Of a stretch of 64,000 nucleotides of DNA, positions 13,560 to 26,064 are shown piece by piece; position 1 is the stretch's first letter; every line of letters begins with the position of its first letter. The translations under genes and the position numbers were made by a program. This stretch comes from Klebsormidium nitens. Its lineage: Eukaryota > Plantae > Klebsormidiophyceae. The notes under the pieces are model-generated. The model was not told where the DNA came from and did not search any database. It saw nothing but the letters and a program-made list of their open reading frames with translations. The stretch covers positions 1 to 64,000 of the forward strand of contig DF237144.1 of the NCBI GenBank assembly GCA_000708835.1. The letters run 5' to 3'.

Positions 13560-14000
13560 TCCCGCTTATACCTTAGAACTTTCCTGATTTAACCAGAAGG
13601 CTAAGGACGGTTGTAGATTAGAAGTGGACCTTCGTACCAGGCTCCGTGAGGCATTCGAGCACACCGAGTCACGACACCGGCCTCAGTTTTTCGGAGTATA
13701 AAAGCGAGCCGATCCAACTTTGTTTCCTCACTTCCAGTTTTTCTTTTCGGGATTTCTAGTGGCAGAAGGCGGCGCCCAGGGTCGACGGGCACGGTCAAGG
13801 AGGTGACGTCAGCAGCTTGCTGACGTAATATTTGGAATTAGACATCGTGTTACTATGTTCAACTTCAACGTCATGAGTTGGCGCTCAATTGCAATCAGCG
13901 TTTACGGTTTTAGTCTGTGCATGGGTGCGCCTCTCATCGTGGATTGTTGATTGGCTCCGCCTGTGAGGCGACACGGTGAGCAGGCTTTAACCTTCGGAAA
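13560..14000. promoter_or_regulatory. Likely shared/bidirectional promoter region between the divergent UXT and succinyl-CoA ligase genes
   Basis: The start codons diverge at 12320 (-) and 14025 (+). The region contains TGACGTCA within the inverted repeat acgtcagca-gct-tgctgacgt (about 13806-13828) and an ATTGG (CCAAT) box near 13951. No transcript evidence is available. Confidence 0.3.
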
Positions 14001-14024
14001 TTTAGGCACCAATTACAGTTTGCA

Positions 14025-17000
14025 ATGTTGCGCCATCTGCTTTCTGGGGCAAGGGCTCTGGGCCCGCCCCTGATCCAGGCGCAGGGCATGGTGGAGAACG
14101 GGTTGTTGGCAGTTGGAGGGAGCCAAGTCAGCCAGAAGCGATTCCTGAATGTGCATGAGTATCAGGTGAGCTGGGCTGGGCTGAAACAACCAAGAATGAA
14201 ATGTATTGTTTGGCAATTGATTGGTCTCAGTTCCGCTAGTCTGGTGTCATGAATCGGAAAAAGGGAGAATTCACTTGCACACAATCGGCGTCCTTCTGCA
14301 CTGGGGTTTATTGCAGCACAATTTTTTGCAAGGTGGCTTTTGGGTGAGCAGATATACCTTTTCGACTGAGGAATGTGGCAAATTTATCATCTTTGGAACG
14401 TCTGATCTGACAGTTGTTCCCTCGTCAGAATTGAAAGTATCGGGTCGAGTTGCCACTGGAAAAACACCGAGTGTAGCACAGCTCTTTGAAAGTTGGTGTC
14501 TGAGATTCTGTTATTCTCATGCCTGCGCTGATCCATTCGCCTTCCGTGTGACATATCATTTCTGCGGGGTGACAAGAGACAATTCCTCTTGTTGCCGATA
14601 TACTTTGTGTTAGACAATCAATCGTGTATTCTTTTGAAACTAGCTCCCCTTGCTTCATGTATCCTGACATTCTGCCGATGCATCTATTACTAGAAAAGTA
14701 CAGACTTGGTCCTGCCGCAAAGGGAATCAACTGCTTATTGCAACACACAACTTTTTGCTTTCAGGATGTGGACTTTTCTTCTAGTCGCTGCTGCCACTCT
14801 GCATGTTCTGAGATCAGCGTTGGAATAAGGATTCTAGCTGTAGAAATTCAAACAGCATTGGGATTGCTGGGGCCTTTCATGCAGCATGTCCCTTGTCAGC
14901 ACAGGCAGCTTGCGGCTTCAAAGCGGGGTCGTTGGTTGTCCAACTATAGATACTTCAGTTGCCAGCTGATTGTGCCTGCGATCTGTGTGTCACCTTGATA
15001 GGCTGATTGCGCGGTCCGCAACCACTTTGCCCCACCCCTTTTCCCCCTCCTTGTGCACTTTGTGTTTCCGTAGTCGCTCAGGCACCCTCCGTTTGAAACT
15101 GATTGAGAACCAAAAGTTCTGTGTCTCTGATCTCTTGCAGGGCGTCAATCTGATGGCAAAAGTTGGGCGTCAGTGTTCCAGAACACCCCGTAGCCAAGCA
15201 ACTCTCAGGACCAAAATGCATTGCCAGTCCTCAAATCAGGCGCACTTGATGAACATTTGTTACTAGTCCAAGCTTTGTCTGCTGAGCAATGTTGTGTCCT
15301 AACCCCTTGCAGGGTGCCGATCTTATGGGGGAGGTTGGCATCAAAGTCCCGAAGGAAACTGTCACATCTACTCGACGAGGTTGTCTCCGCGGTCAAGCAA
15401 CTCCTCAGGACAGTAATGCAACGGCAATCCTCGAATCAGGCGCACTTGATCAACAATTGGTACAAGTCAAAGCTTTGTCTCTTCAGATGCCGACTCTTCA
15501 TTCCTTGCAGGGTGCCGATCTGATGGGGGAGTTTGGCGTCAATGCGCGAAAGGAACCGTAAAGTCTACTCTCGACGAGGTTGTCTCCGCGGCCAAGCATC
15601 TCCTCAGGACTCTCCTCGAATCAGGCACACTTGACCAACAATTGGTACTAGTCAAAACTGTGTCTGCTAAGCTTTGTCGTCTCTTCATCCCTTGCAGGGT
15701 GCCGATCTGATGGCTAAGTTCAGCATCAACGTCCTGAAAGGAACCGGCGCATCCGCTCTGGACGAAGTCGACTTTGCAGCCAAACAACTTCTTGAAACAA
15801 AACTTCATAGCGTCAGTTCTCAAATCAGGCGCACTTTGATCGATAGTGATTGTTAAACTACGCTTCATTCGATTCTGCGCAGGGCGCGGATCTAATAGCG
15901 AAGTTTGGCATCAACGTCCCGAAAGGAATCGTGGCATTCACGCCAGATGAGGTTGACTCTGCGTTAAAGCAACTTCCTAGAAAAGAACATCCAAGCGTCA
16001 GTTCTCAAATCAGGCGCACTTTGAGAAAGATTGTTAATCTGCGCTTCGTTCGATTTTGCGCAGGGTGCGGATCTGATGGCGAAGTTCGGCATCAACGTCC
16101 CGAAAGGAATTGTAGCATCTACTCTCGACGAGGTCGACTCCGCAGCCAAAGAACTTCCTGGGTCCGAAGTCGTTGTTAAGTCGCAGGTGCTCGCAGGAGG
16201 GCGCGGGCTAGGGACGTTCAAGAATGGGTTCAAGGGGGGGGTGCACATTGTCAAGAAGGAGGAGGCGCGCAGCATTGCAGGTAAGGGCAGCATATGTAAT
16301 CCTACGGGTTGTAGACGAAGAGAGTGTGTAAGCCAGTGTCATCGAAGCATCCTTCTTTCTGGATCACCTATGATCAAGAGATTGCTTTTTGCTTTCCACT
16401 ACGGGAGATCTTTGAACCTGCCTGCAGTGCGACTGGCTTTGCAGTACAGATAAAAGCCGCATGGCGAACAGGTTACAGTCTTCTAGCTGGCGATTGCTTC
16501 GGAGTTTGTTAACATAGCCTTGATTGAGTTATCACTCTTATAATTATAATTCGGTTGGTTTCCTGTAGTCCCAACTTGTACCAATTGTCTGCTTGGGCAG
16601 ACTTTTGCCCAATATTTAATTTCGTGTGCTATGGGATTTGGGCAGGTTTGTTTACGAATTTATTTTCATATGTTACGGGGCAGCATGATCTGCAAATCTG
16701 AAATTAGAGTTTATTCTGCAATCAAATTTCTGGGCAAGTCAAAGAATTTTTATAATTGTTGCCCCACCGGACAATTGGTACCAAATTTTGTGAAACCAAG
16801 AAAAGCCGCATCTTCAATCTCTGCTTACCAAGCACACAGGCGTGCAGGAGTCGTCTCCTGACTTTTGCGTGTGGTCATTTCTGGCTAACCCAACCTTGTC
16901 CGTTGAGTTAGGAAAGGAAACCCTGGGTTAGAAGCTCGTTACTTAGCAAACCGGCGCCCAGGGAACACTGGTCAGCAAAATGAAGTTTCAAGTAACGCCC

Positions 17001-20000
17001 TCTGGTTACTAACTTCTGCCTAAACCCACAACCTGCCATTGGATCTGCAGAGAAGATGCTGGGTCAGACGCTGGTTACGAAGCAAACCGGCGCTCAAGGA
17101 AAGCCGGTCAACAAGCTGTTTATCTGCGAAAAGCTGTCCCTCGTGAACGAGATGTACTTTGCGATCGCGCTCGACAGGAAGGCGGCTGGCCCCGTAAGTA
17201 GCGAGATTCTGGGTCTCCTCCCTTCTTATCGACTTTTTGAGGTACCTTCTTGGACCTGCCAGCATTCACACAGGAAGCGTTTCAGGTTGATTCGCCTGTT
17301 TTCTTGTGTTCAGTACGTTGCCATACCCCGAGATGTTCGTACAAATCAGGAAGATGAAAGCATTTTACTCCTTTCCTGAGCAGTGCTCGCAGTTTAGAAC
17401 GTACCAGCATCTGCAGCTTACAAGTGGTATGAGTCTCTAGAGCAGGTTTCGACGGTATTTTCCGCTCTTTAATACCGCAAAAAAGCACCCCGATGTCATC
17501 ATTGTATGGATGTCATTCAGAGCAGGCACTGTTTTGACAGACACTATTCGGACAGCGCAGAGGCCTACAAATTCGTATCCTAGATTTGGTGCAGCTTACG
17601 TGCATGTCTTTATCGTTTGCAGCCGACGAGGTGCAAGCACAAAGAAGCACCCTGACTACAATCTGGGTGACGTTTGCATCAACACACGACTGCACGTACC
17701 CCGAACTTCGAAAGCCCGTTCAAAACCCAAAAGCATCTGGTTGAGTTCTGACTTAAATTGTCCACCGCCCCATACCTGACTGAGGAAACCGAAACCTGAC
17801 GACCTTTACTCTTAACCACGAGGGTGCACTCCCGCCTGCCGCCGGGGTGGGACCAGCATTAAAAACTCGGCGGAGAAGCACCCTGACCTCAACATCCGGG
17901 TGAATGTCGACCTTAACAAACGTACTGCTCGAAAGAGAAACTTCAAGCCCCGAAATCTGAAGGTCGATAACCAGGAAATGTTTGAAAAGTCTTTTCTTTC
18001 TCGCCAGGTGATTATTGCCTGCAGCCGAGGCGGAACCAGCATCGAAGACTTGGCAGAGAAGCACCCTGACCTCATCATCCGGGTGAATGTCGACATCAAC
18101 GAGGGCATCACCGACGCGCAGGCCGGCGAGGTGGTGGACGGGTTGCAGCTGAAAGTGACGGACAAGGAATCTGCCAAGGAGCAGATCAAGAAGCTTTACA
18201 AAATGTTTTCGGAGGCTGACACCACGCTCGTTGAGGTGGGCTTGCGTTTACCGAATCTGAACTGTTGTGTCAAAGACAGATCTGAAGATGTAGTTTTGGA
18301 TGACGGACAAGGAGTCGGCCAAGGAGCAGATCAAAAAGCTGTACAAAATGTTCTCGGAAGCTGACACCACGCTCGTTGAGGTGAGCTAGCTAATCTTGAC
18401 CTTGGTTACTGTTTCAACAGGAAACTAGGAGTTCCCTTGTTCTTCTGAGATTACGCCTCTCTTAAAGTGCTCCATACGGAATCGCCAAGGAGCACAGTTA
18501 GAAGCTGCACAGAAAATTATCGGACGCTGACACCCCGCTCGTCGAGGTGGGCAGCTTAAGCTTGGCCTGAAGTAATGTTCTGGTTTTGCGGCTTCCTCCT
18601 TTAACTGTGACGGACCAAGGAACCGCCTGAAAGCAGATTGAGAAGCTGTACGAAACGTTTTTGAAGGGTAACATCCGGCTTCTTGAGGTGGGCTAGGTTA
18701 CTGGCCCTTACGTAGTGTCTCAAAACCATTCTGATACTTCGGATTCCCTGGCGACGAACAAACGATCCGCCTCAAGAGCAGATTGAGATGCTTTTCGAAA
18801 TAGCCTCGGAGATTAAAGCGATTCTCTTTGAGATACGCTGGCGAACATCGGACCCAAAGAACTGTGTCAGAATGGTCATGAAGGTGCGTTTCTGAATGTC
18901 AAACAAGGAGTCCGCCGAGGGCCAGATTGAGGCAAGGAAACGCAGAAACATAAGCAGCGAGCGAATCAGATTCTAATGCAGAAACTTGGTTCGTGCGGAT
19001 TGAGTCGAAGACAGAAGGAGGAGCCAGAATAATTGAGGCGTCTATGGTTCTGGAGCGTGTCAAATCCGAAACGGATCACGAGAGCAAACGCGTGGTTTAG
19101 GACTGAAAGAGGAGAAGCACAAGGAAGTCTCTTCGGATTACTTGTTTAAAGGAGAGCCTGCAAGCAAAGGGAAGAGTGCAACTTATGGAAACTTTTGGTA
19201 TTTATGAAGAGCAAATTTTGCAGGTGAACCCGTTGGCAGAGGCGGAGGAGGGCAAGATGGTTGCGGCAGATGCGAAGCTCAACTTCGACGACAACGCTGC
19301 GTATCGGCAGAAGGAGATCTTTGCGTGGCGGGACAAGTCGCAGGAGGACCCCCGGGAGGTAAGGATTGATCACCTCGTTTCCTTCTGTTCTCGTTGTGGA
19401 AGGTGTCAAAAAGCAGTGGGTTCGGAAGTGGATGGTCTTCGATCGGCTGGCGGAAGGGAAACTTCGCGTGGCGGGACAAGTCGCAGAAGGACCCCCGAGA
19501 AGTAAGAGACGCTGCAGGGACTCGGATTCTTTCCCGTCTTGCTTTCTTTTGTTCTTTTAATCGTTTGGTTCTCATATACCTGCTGGGGGACGCTCGAAGT
19601 AGTATGCGGGCGAGAAGCATTCTCCATTTGGCAGAGGAGGTCACTGTGTGGCGGGACAAGTCGTAGGAGGACCCCCGAGAGGTGAGAGACATCGCAGTCC
19701 CGCTGTTTTTTAACGTTCTGGTCTCTTTTATTTTTCAAGAAGCTGGTTCCTTATCCTTTCGCTTATGAGCGCCTTTATGTGGTATGCGGCCGGAGAGTGT
19801 CCCGGTTTGGCCAGCAGAAGGAGATTTTGCTGTAGCGAGACACGTCGCAGGAAATTTCCGCGAGGTAAGAGACGCTGCAGTCCCTCGTTTGCTTCAATCG
19901 CCTTCTTCCCTTTTCATTCCGCTTGCGAATCGCTTAAGCTTTAGTGAGCCTTAGGCACGCCTTAATTACGTCTTAAGGCTCAAGCGCATTATCTTGGCAA

Positions 20001-23000
20001 GTAGGTTTTGGTGTGCTCGTGTAGTAAGCTGCGCTGTTTTCTCAGCGTTGTCATGCGTGCTGTTACGTGGATCAGGGCCCACGCTTCTTCGCCCAAGTCT
20101 GAAGTCGCATCTTGGATCAAACTCTCTGCTCATGAGATTCGATGGCACTTGCTTGTGCTCAGCATGCAGACCTGCTGCGTGTGGTCCAATGTGTTCTTGG
20201 GGGAGGACTTCCATTGAATCATTGATCCATTGTTTCATTGAATCATTCTTTTGTTCTAATTCTTGTCTTACGGTCAAAGGATGCCTGAGAAACCGTCGGT
20301 CTACAGAGGATTGAAGAGATTACTTCTGCTTTTGCCGATTATGGCGGAGGCCGATCCAACTCTGCACCACCCTCGATGTCCATTCAGGCGCATGGAACCT
20401 TCAGAGGTTTCCGTGGAGAGAGTCGGACAGACAAAGAGGCCGTACTAAAATCAGGTCAAACACGTCTAACCAGATGCGCTTGACAGCTGGCGGCTGCTGA
20501 AGCCGACCTGAAGTACATCTTGAGTGCAACATCGGGTGCATTGTAACCCACAAAGAACCCGTGGAAAAAAAAGGTACAGAGAGGCCGAAGCGACTTCACT
20601 GGGTTCGATCTACATGCATGCGCTTGACAGGTGGCGGCCGTTGAGACTGACCTGAACCACATCAATCTCGACGGCAGCATCGCGTGCATCGTAACCCACA
20701 AAGAATCCGTGGAAACGTCAAGAGAACAGAGAGGCTGAAGCGAAATAGGGGGTCAAGCACTGGGTTTAACGCTAACTATGCGAGCTTCCTTGACAGGTGG
20801 CAGCTGCTGAAGCGGACCTGAACCACATCCGTCTTGACGGCAACATCAGGTGCATGATAACCCTCAGAGAACTTTCTGCGGAGAAGTCAACATGACGAGG
20901 AATGCCGGATCAAGATCATTTCTTTCAACCATCGGAAAAGGCAAGGAGAAAAGAGAAGTAACATTCAACGTGGTTTTGACAGGTGGCGGCTGCTGAAGCG
21001 GACCTGAACTACATCGGTCTCGACGGCAACATCGGGTGCATGGTGAATGGCGCTGGGTTGGCCATGGCGACAATGGACATTATCAAGATGCACGGTGGAG
21101 AGCCTGCCAACTTCCTTGACGTCGGCGGGAACGCCAGCGAGGAGCAGGTGAGTGACGTCATCAAGAGTCGCAATTCGAGTTGACTCCGTCAAGAGCCCTG
21201 TTTTGGTCCCGACCAGCTGAGTTGAGGCTGTTGTCTGCTGGAAGCCTTCTCTGGGAATCTGCCAAAATGCGGGAGGAAACCGCGCCGACTTCTCAGCCCT
21301 TGGCCGAATTGCGCCGAGGGTGGGTGATGTCACCAAGAGTCGTGCTCCAGGTCGACCAGCGATTTAACGGTTTTGTATGTCAGAAAGTTTGTTGAGGACT
21401 TCACCAAAATGCACGGGCAATAAGCCTGCCAACTTCCTTGACGTCGACGGAAATGCGGCGAGGGGCCGGTGGATGACGTCATCAAGAGTGGTACGCTGAA
21501 TGGACCTGCTCATTATTAGCATTCGGCTGTTCTGAAATATTTATCGGGAGACGCAAGGGGGCAAGTGTGCAAGTTTGTAGATGTCGGCGGGAAAGCCAGC
21601 AAGGGTTAGGTAGGTGACGTCATCACGAGTCATCCTCTACCTAAATAAGCAATCCGCAGTGTTTGACCGCTGAATACATGTGGCCAGAGGCATGCAGGGA
21701 AACCCCAACTTTGTAGACGTCGACAGAAAAGCGAGCAAAAGTTTGGTGGGGCTGCCGACTCTCTTTGAAGGGACAGGAGACCGATGGGAGATGCTTTGTC
21801 TTTCTGTTAGAGCTGCTTATTTGGAGGAGAATTCTGCACAACAATTCCGGTGAGGTGAGTTCGCCAGTGGCCTTAAGTTGCGACGTCTTTGACACGTGGC
21901 TAGCTGAGACGTGGTGGCACCCCGCAGGTCGTCCAAGCGTTCAAGATCCTGACGGCGGACTCCAAAGTGAAGGCACTCCTGGTAAACATCTTTGGCGGCA
22001 TCATGAAGTGTGACGTTATTGCGAGCGGGATCGTCAAGGCAGCGCAGGAGGTAAAGTTAACTACTTACCCCCCCTCCGCCCCTCCCCCCCCCGCCCTCCC
22101 CTCTGATATTCCTTAGAGGCAAACTGCCGAAGGTATGTTCTTCCAAAATTGTAAAAGGCAAAGACTGTTTGTTTTACTGTCGAGACAAGCCACGCTTTGA
22201 GTATTTTTTAAAAGTGTCATCTGCCCAGAACCTTTTCTTGGACGACTTTGTGGCTTTACTGCTGTTGTGGTTCTTGACGGGGCTGAAACCTTAAGCAGGG
22301 CGGAATGTGGCAGTGTTTCTGAGAGCTCCTTCCTGTTCAACCTGGTTACAAACAAGGTTCAGCGCAGTGACGTGTGCACCGTGCCCTAATTTCACTATTC
22401 TGATACAAGACCATTTTGACTCACTGCTTTCCCATTGCTGAAATTAGAAGCGTTCGTTGTTGGCGCTCATACGTTGAGCTTAAGGGCACTTTCAAGACAG
22501 AGGCAAGTACACGTATGCTGTTTTTGTTTGATCGTCGCTCATCGAGGAATTTGATGCATAGCGGGTGGCACTTGACCAGATATAGAAGACTGCCTACTTG
22601 AGAGTGCATAGTAATGCACATGCGCACCGCTGAATGAGGTTTAGTCTGAGCACTCTGCTTCACTTGAGAGTAACCGACTGCAACTCAACCTTGACCTTAT
22701 GACGCAGAGGTGCTCAACCCGACCTCAATCGAAACCTGTATTTGATTTGGCTGAGCTCTGATATGCACAAAGAGCATTTCAAGGTGGATCTGCTCAAAGG
22801 TGCCTGAGTACGTCGAGCTGCGCAGCCTTTGAGATACTATCGGTCTTGACTATTAAACGTCGATTAAAGCCTTAGCCAACCCGTAACCTAGAAGTGATTC
22901 TCTCTGTATCAACAGGTACAATTGAAGGTGCCGTTGATTGTGCGTTTGGAGGGGACAAACGTGGCCCTCGGCAAGAAGATCCTGAAGGTGGGTCAAGCCT

Positions 23001-24225
23001 ACCCTCTTTGAATTGTTATTTCTGTAAATGGTGACAAATTCAGGTTGAGATGGTTTCTACGACTCTGAACAAGAAGACCTTTTTGGCGGGCGAAGGCTTA
23101 GTATTTAGAGGTTTTTCAACCCGGAATCGGGACCCGAATTTCGTGAGCCTGAGTGTCTCCATTTGGGTCGGACCAAGTAGGTCTTGGAATCTTTTAGGTC
23201 TCTATAGTAGAAAAGGTACTCCAATACACCAGCCCAAATGAACCTAGTTCTGCCCTAGGCGGGGAGAGCTTGAAAATGGGCAAAGCCGTTGCTCTTCCCG
23301 GAACAATTCTCTGTTTCTAGGCTCGATGTCCTTATTTGGCTCTGGTCAAGGAAATCTTAAAGGCGGGCAGCACTGGCTGAGTTCCTAAAGTTCGAAGTCA
23401 AGGAACAAAGCTTTTAGCTCGAGTGCCTCAAAGCTGGGGCGAATAGGGAAATTGTAGACTGAATTTCCGGTCCCTCAGGTTTCTGGCTTTTGCCTGGAAA
23501 GGAATTATCTCGAAGGTGACGAGTTTATATCGATAAAGGTCGGCCTCGTTCCGGTCTCGACATCGTCTCGACCAACTTCTTTGCTTGGCTTACTTCGCTT
23601 CTCGTCAAGTTTCCTTTATTGCGGTTGCTAGGATCTTCACTTGCGTCCTCTTCTGGTTCCTTCTTGTTACTTCTGCTTCGCCGGGTCTAAAGCTCGTTGC
23701 AATCGGGGCACCATTTTGTCGGAGCCTCTAGTTCTGACGCTCACTCTCAACGGACGTTTGCGATGGCTATGTCGCACAGCCTGTGGATGTGATCGAAGCT
23801 CACAAAGCGCCGTTCGGCACTCCTCAAGTTCAATTTACTAGGACGCTGCATCAAGCTAACTTTCTCAATCGTCTCAAGTTGGGTTGTGGTCGAGACAACA
23901 TGATCGCACGTTATGATATTTCGTTCTATCGTCTCTTCGACGCTCGAGCCTGGGAACTCAAGGATTGAGTCGGACATCTTGTGCACCCACAGCAATCGCT
24001 CACACGTGCCCTCTGTCTCTTAAATGCAAATTGGGATGATTTGTCTAATCCAAACATCAAATGAAGTTCTGGAGTCAAGAATTCAGTCGGACCTTTTGTG
24101 CACCCAGATGCGACCGCTCACACGTGCTCTCTGTCTCTTATCCGCAGGAAAGCAAGATGAATATCATTGCGGCGGATGACTTGGACGATGCTGCTGGGAA
24201 GGCTGTGAAGTCTCTCTCTTCTTAG
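14025..24225 (+). CDS. sucC: Succinyl-CoA ligase (synthetase) beta subunit, mitochondrial precursor, 433 aa, 9 exons
   Basis: Exons: 14025-14165, 16064-16280, 17051-17193, 18008-18235, 19224-19358, 20983-21147, 21928-22050, 22916-22987, 24148-24225. All introns are GT-AG and in phase, total 1302 nt. Motifs include [82 protein letters not shown] and VRLEGTN, with an N-terminal transit-like peptide. Confidence 0.96.
15120..16063 (+). repeat. Five tandem echoes of the acceptor + 5' part of succinyl-CoA ligase exon 2
   Basis: tgcag|GG(T/C)G(C)..GATCT.ATGG.. copies with AG ending at 15140, 15312, 15510, 15697 and 15882 (true 16063). Each unit also carries the spacer tc(a/g)aatcaggcgcactt. Similarity rises toward the real exon. 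Confidence 0.95.
16578..16781. mobile_element. MITE (Tc1/mariner-like) in succinyl-CoA ligase intron 2; same family as 41150-41359
   Basis: Terminal inverted repeats gtaccaattgtc(t)g..gggca / tgccc..cggacaattggtac. The internal sequence aligns along its length with the 41.2 kb copy. Confidence 0.8.
16900..18935 (+). repeat. Echoes of succinyl-CoA ligase exon 3 start (16920-16980), exon 4 start (about 17610-17680, 17830-17915) and exon 4 end (18300-18385, 18480-18550, 18610-18690, 18750-18810, 18895-18930)
   Basis: Direct alignment to the exons, e.g. ggagaagcaccctgacctcaacatccgggtgaatgtcgac at 17872 versus the exon at 18054. Donor-like GAG|gtg sites at 18380, 18546 and 18687 versus the true 18235. 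Confidence 0.92.
19450..21740 (+). repeat. Echoes of succinyl-CoA ligase exon 5 end (three copies), exon 6 start (three copies) and exon 6 end (three to four copies)
   Basis: gtggcgggacaagtcg.ag.aggacccccgaga.gt copies ending at 19501, 19681 and 19864. ttgacag|(G/C)TGGC.GC copies at 20486, 20630 and 20796 (true 20982). ..gtgacgtcatca.gagt copies at about 21320, 21469 and 21610. Confidence 0.92.
23960..24147 (+). repeat. Tandem duplication of the last intron's 3' end in front of succinyl-CoA ligase exon 9
   Basis: agtcggacatcttgtgcacccac..cgctcacacgtgccctctgtctctta (23968-24022) versus agtcggaccttttgtgcacccag..cgctcacacgtgctctctgtctctta (24085-24140). Confidence 0.8.
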
Positions 24226-26064
24226 GTACATACGTGATGGACAAGTACTGGCTCACATATGACACTTCGTTGATAGTCCAGAAAGCAAGCGAAATTGTGC
24301 ATGTAAGTACTTTCGACACAATCACTTCATCACAATTCCAACGCGCGTCCACGGCATTCGGCGGCTTTTAAGTACGACAGGTGGGCGGCCTGTAAATGTG
24401 TGCGGCCATATCATGCAGAAGCTGCACGCTTCTTGATTTGCTTCCAAGGCTTTTGAAGTTCAGCTCTGGCGATCAATATGTTCTGATTCTGGACGGCCGC
24501 CACATGCACGTCATTACAGTCCAACTCTTAGCATGGCATTACGGTGACTTGTGACTGGTACCAAAACCCGAAGCTGGCAGGCTTGCCTGGCAAGGCTGAC
24601 CGGGCACTTTTCACGTGCAATGTTTGTTAGTCAAGGTTGAATTCTAAGGCTGGCGATTCGATGAGTCTGCGGTCGGTTGATTCTGGACTCATGCAGTTCG
24701 CATGACTGCGCGGTTGCCGCCCATTCGTGGCCAGGCGCATGCAATGTGCGGGCCAGCAGCCGCCCGGCCCTTATATGTTGCATGGTCGAATATCACCGTC
24801 CGACGTGCATGGCATCCATCATGACTTAAGTCGCCTCCGGGGCGGCCGCCCAGCCGGCCGGCCACGGCAGTCCAGTGAGTTGCCATCCAGATAATTCAAT
24901 GATTGCTGGAATAGCTGTAATAGCTGGAATAGCGATCCACTAGATGGCGCGGTAGCTATATATCGCTGAGGCTAGTGGCGGCAGCGCCGAGCGCGGCGCC
25001 TATAGCTGCGCAGTGCGGGCCTACTGAGCTTCTCACTATAGCCATAAACATACATGTAACATCATGCATGGCATGCCAGACGGCCGCCTGCGCAGGCTGT
25101 GCAAATCTCCGGCCAATGGTCCGCGGGCCGGTGCCCGGCAGGCGCAGCCTCACTAATCCACACAATGCGTCAACCGTAGTGAGAGACTTGATTAGTATCG
25201 GGTTGCGAGGATCAGTGTCTATGAATGGATGCATGGCGTGCATCGCGCCGCCAAAAGATTGTTTTCGAAGTTTGTGTTTCCGACACAACAGTGACGCCCA
25301 GTTACAGTTGCTGGCAAGCTCACCCGCACTATAATGGCCAATGGACCTTTGTGTGCTGCAAGGTGATTGAGATATGGGTATTCAACATTAGGGCCTAGAT
25401 GGCGCGCCGGCATTATCAATGGGCACTTGATGTAATCGCGCCGGCGCACTCCGGAAATCACGGCCTGCATGCAAGCCACGGGCAATACGAGTCTGTTCAA
25501 GCGCTCCTTGACACGATCGGGCGATCGCCAAGACTGTATTAAAGCTGATTCACTAACATACGTTTGCTGCTGAAAGACTGTAGTCAGGCCCAGGGACACA
25601 AATCGAGTAGCTTCCCACCATTATATAATTACAAGGACTCCGTCTCCATTGCATTATGAAGTTAAGTTACTAACCATGATTCCTTGCGAACCGACAGATC
25701 GTGTTGTGCAAGCAGGATAAAAGACTAGAGCGGCCATAGAAGGTTAGCTTTGTTGCTGTGCCCATCGCAAAAAGAGTTCAACTTAAATCGGCTTAGTACG
25801 TCGAGGATTGGTTCTATCTCAACGTAGACTCAGCCACGTGCAAAACTTTGGCCTCCTGGCCGACCAGTGTCTGTGGCAACAAAATTGTTTCAACTGAACA
25901 CTCTACTTCCCTAATTGTCGCCACAGAGAGTTAAAATCATGATAGTTCCAAGATACTTTCGTCACACGTAGCATCATGATAGAAAGCCATACATCTTTAA
26001 AACCGCTTCGAGGTAGACGAGACTAGTGACGACGAGAAGAACCCAACTGATGAGCACTGGGCGT

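Noticed and set aside
15120-16063. Regularly spaced repeats interpreted as a CRISPR array or satellite
   Set aside because: The units are about 185 bp degenerate copies of a splice junction and exon start. There is no constant short repeat with unique spacers, no cas genes, and the context is eukaryotic.
24970-25005. GC hairpin (gcgccg-agcg-cggcgc) near CTAG as a Helitron 3' end
   Set aside because: The stem is only 6 bp, the expected T after CTAG is missing, and no matching 5' end could be paired with it.
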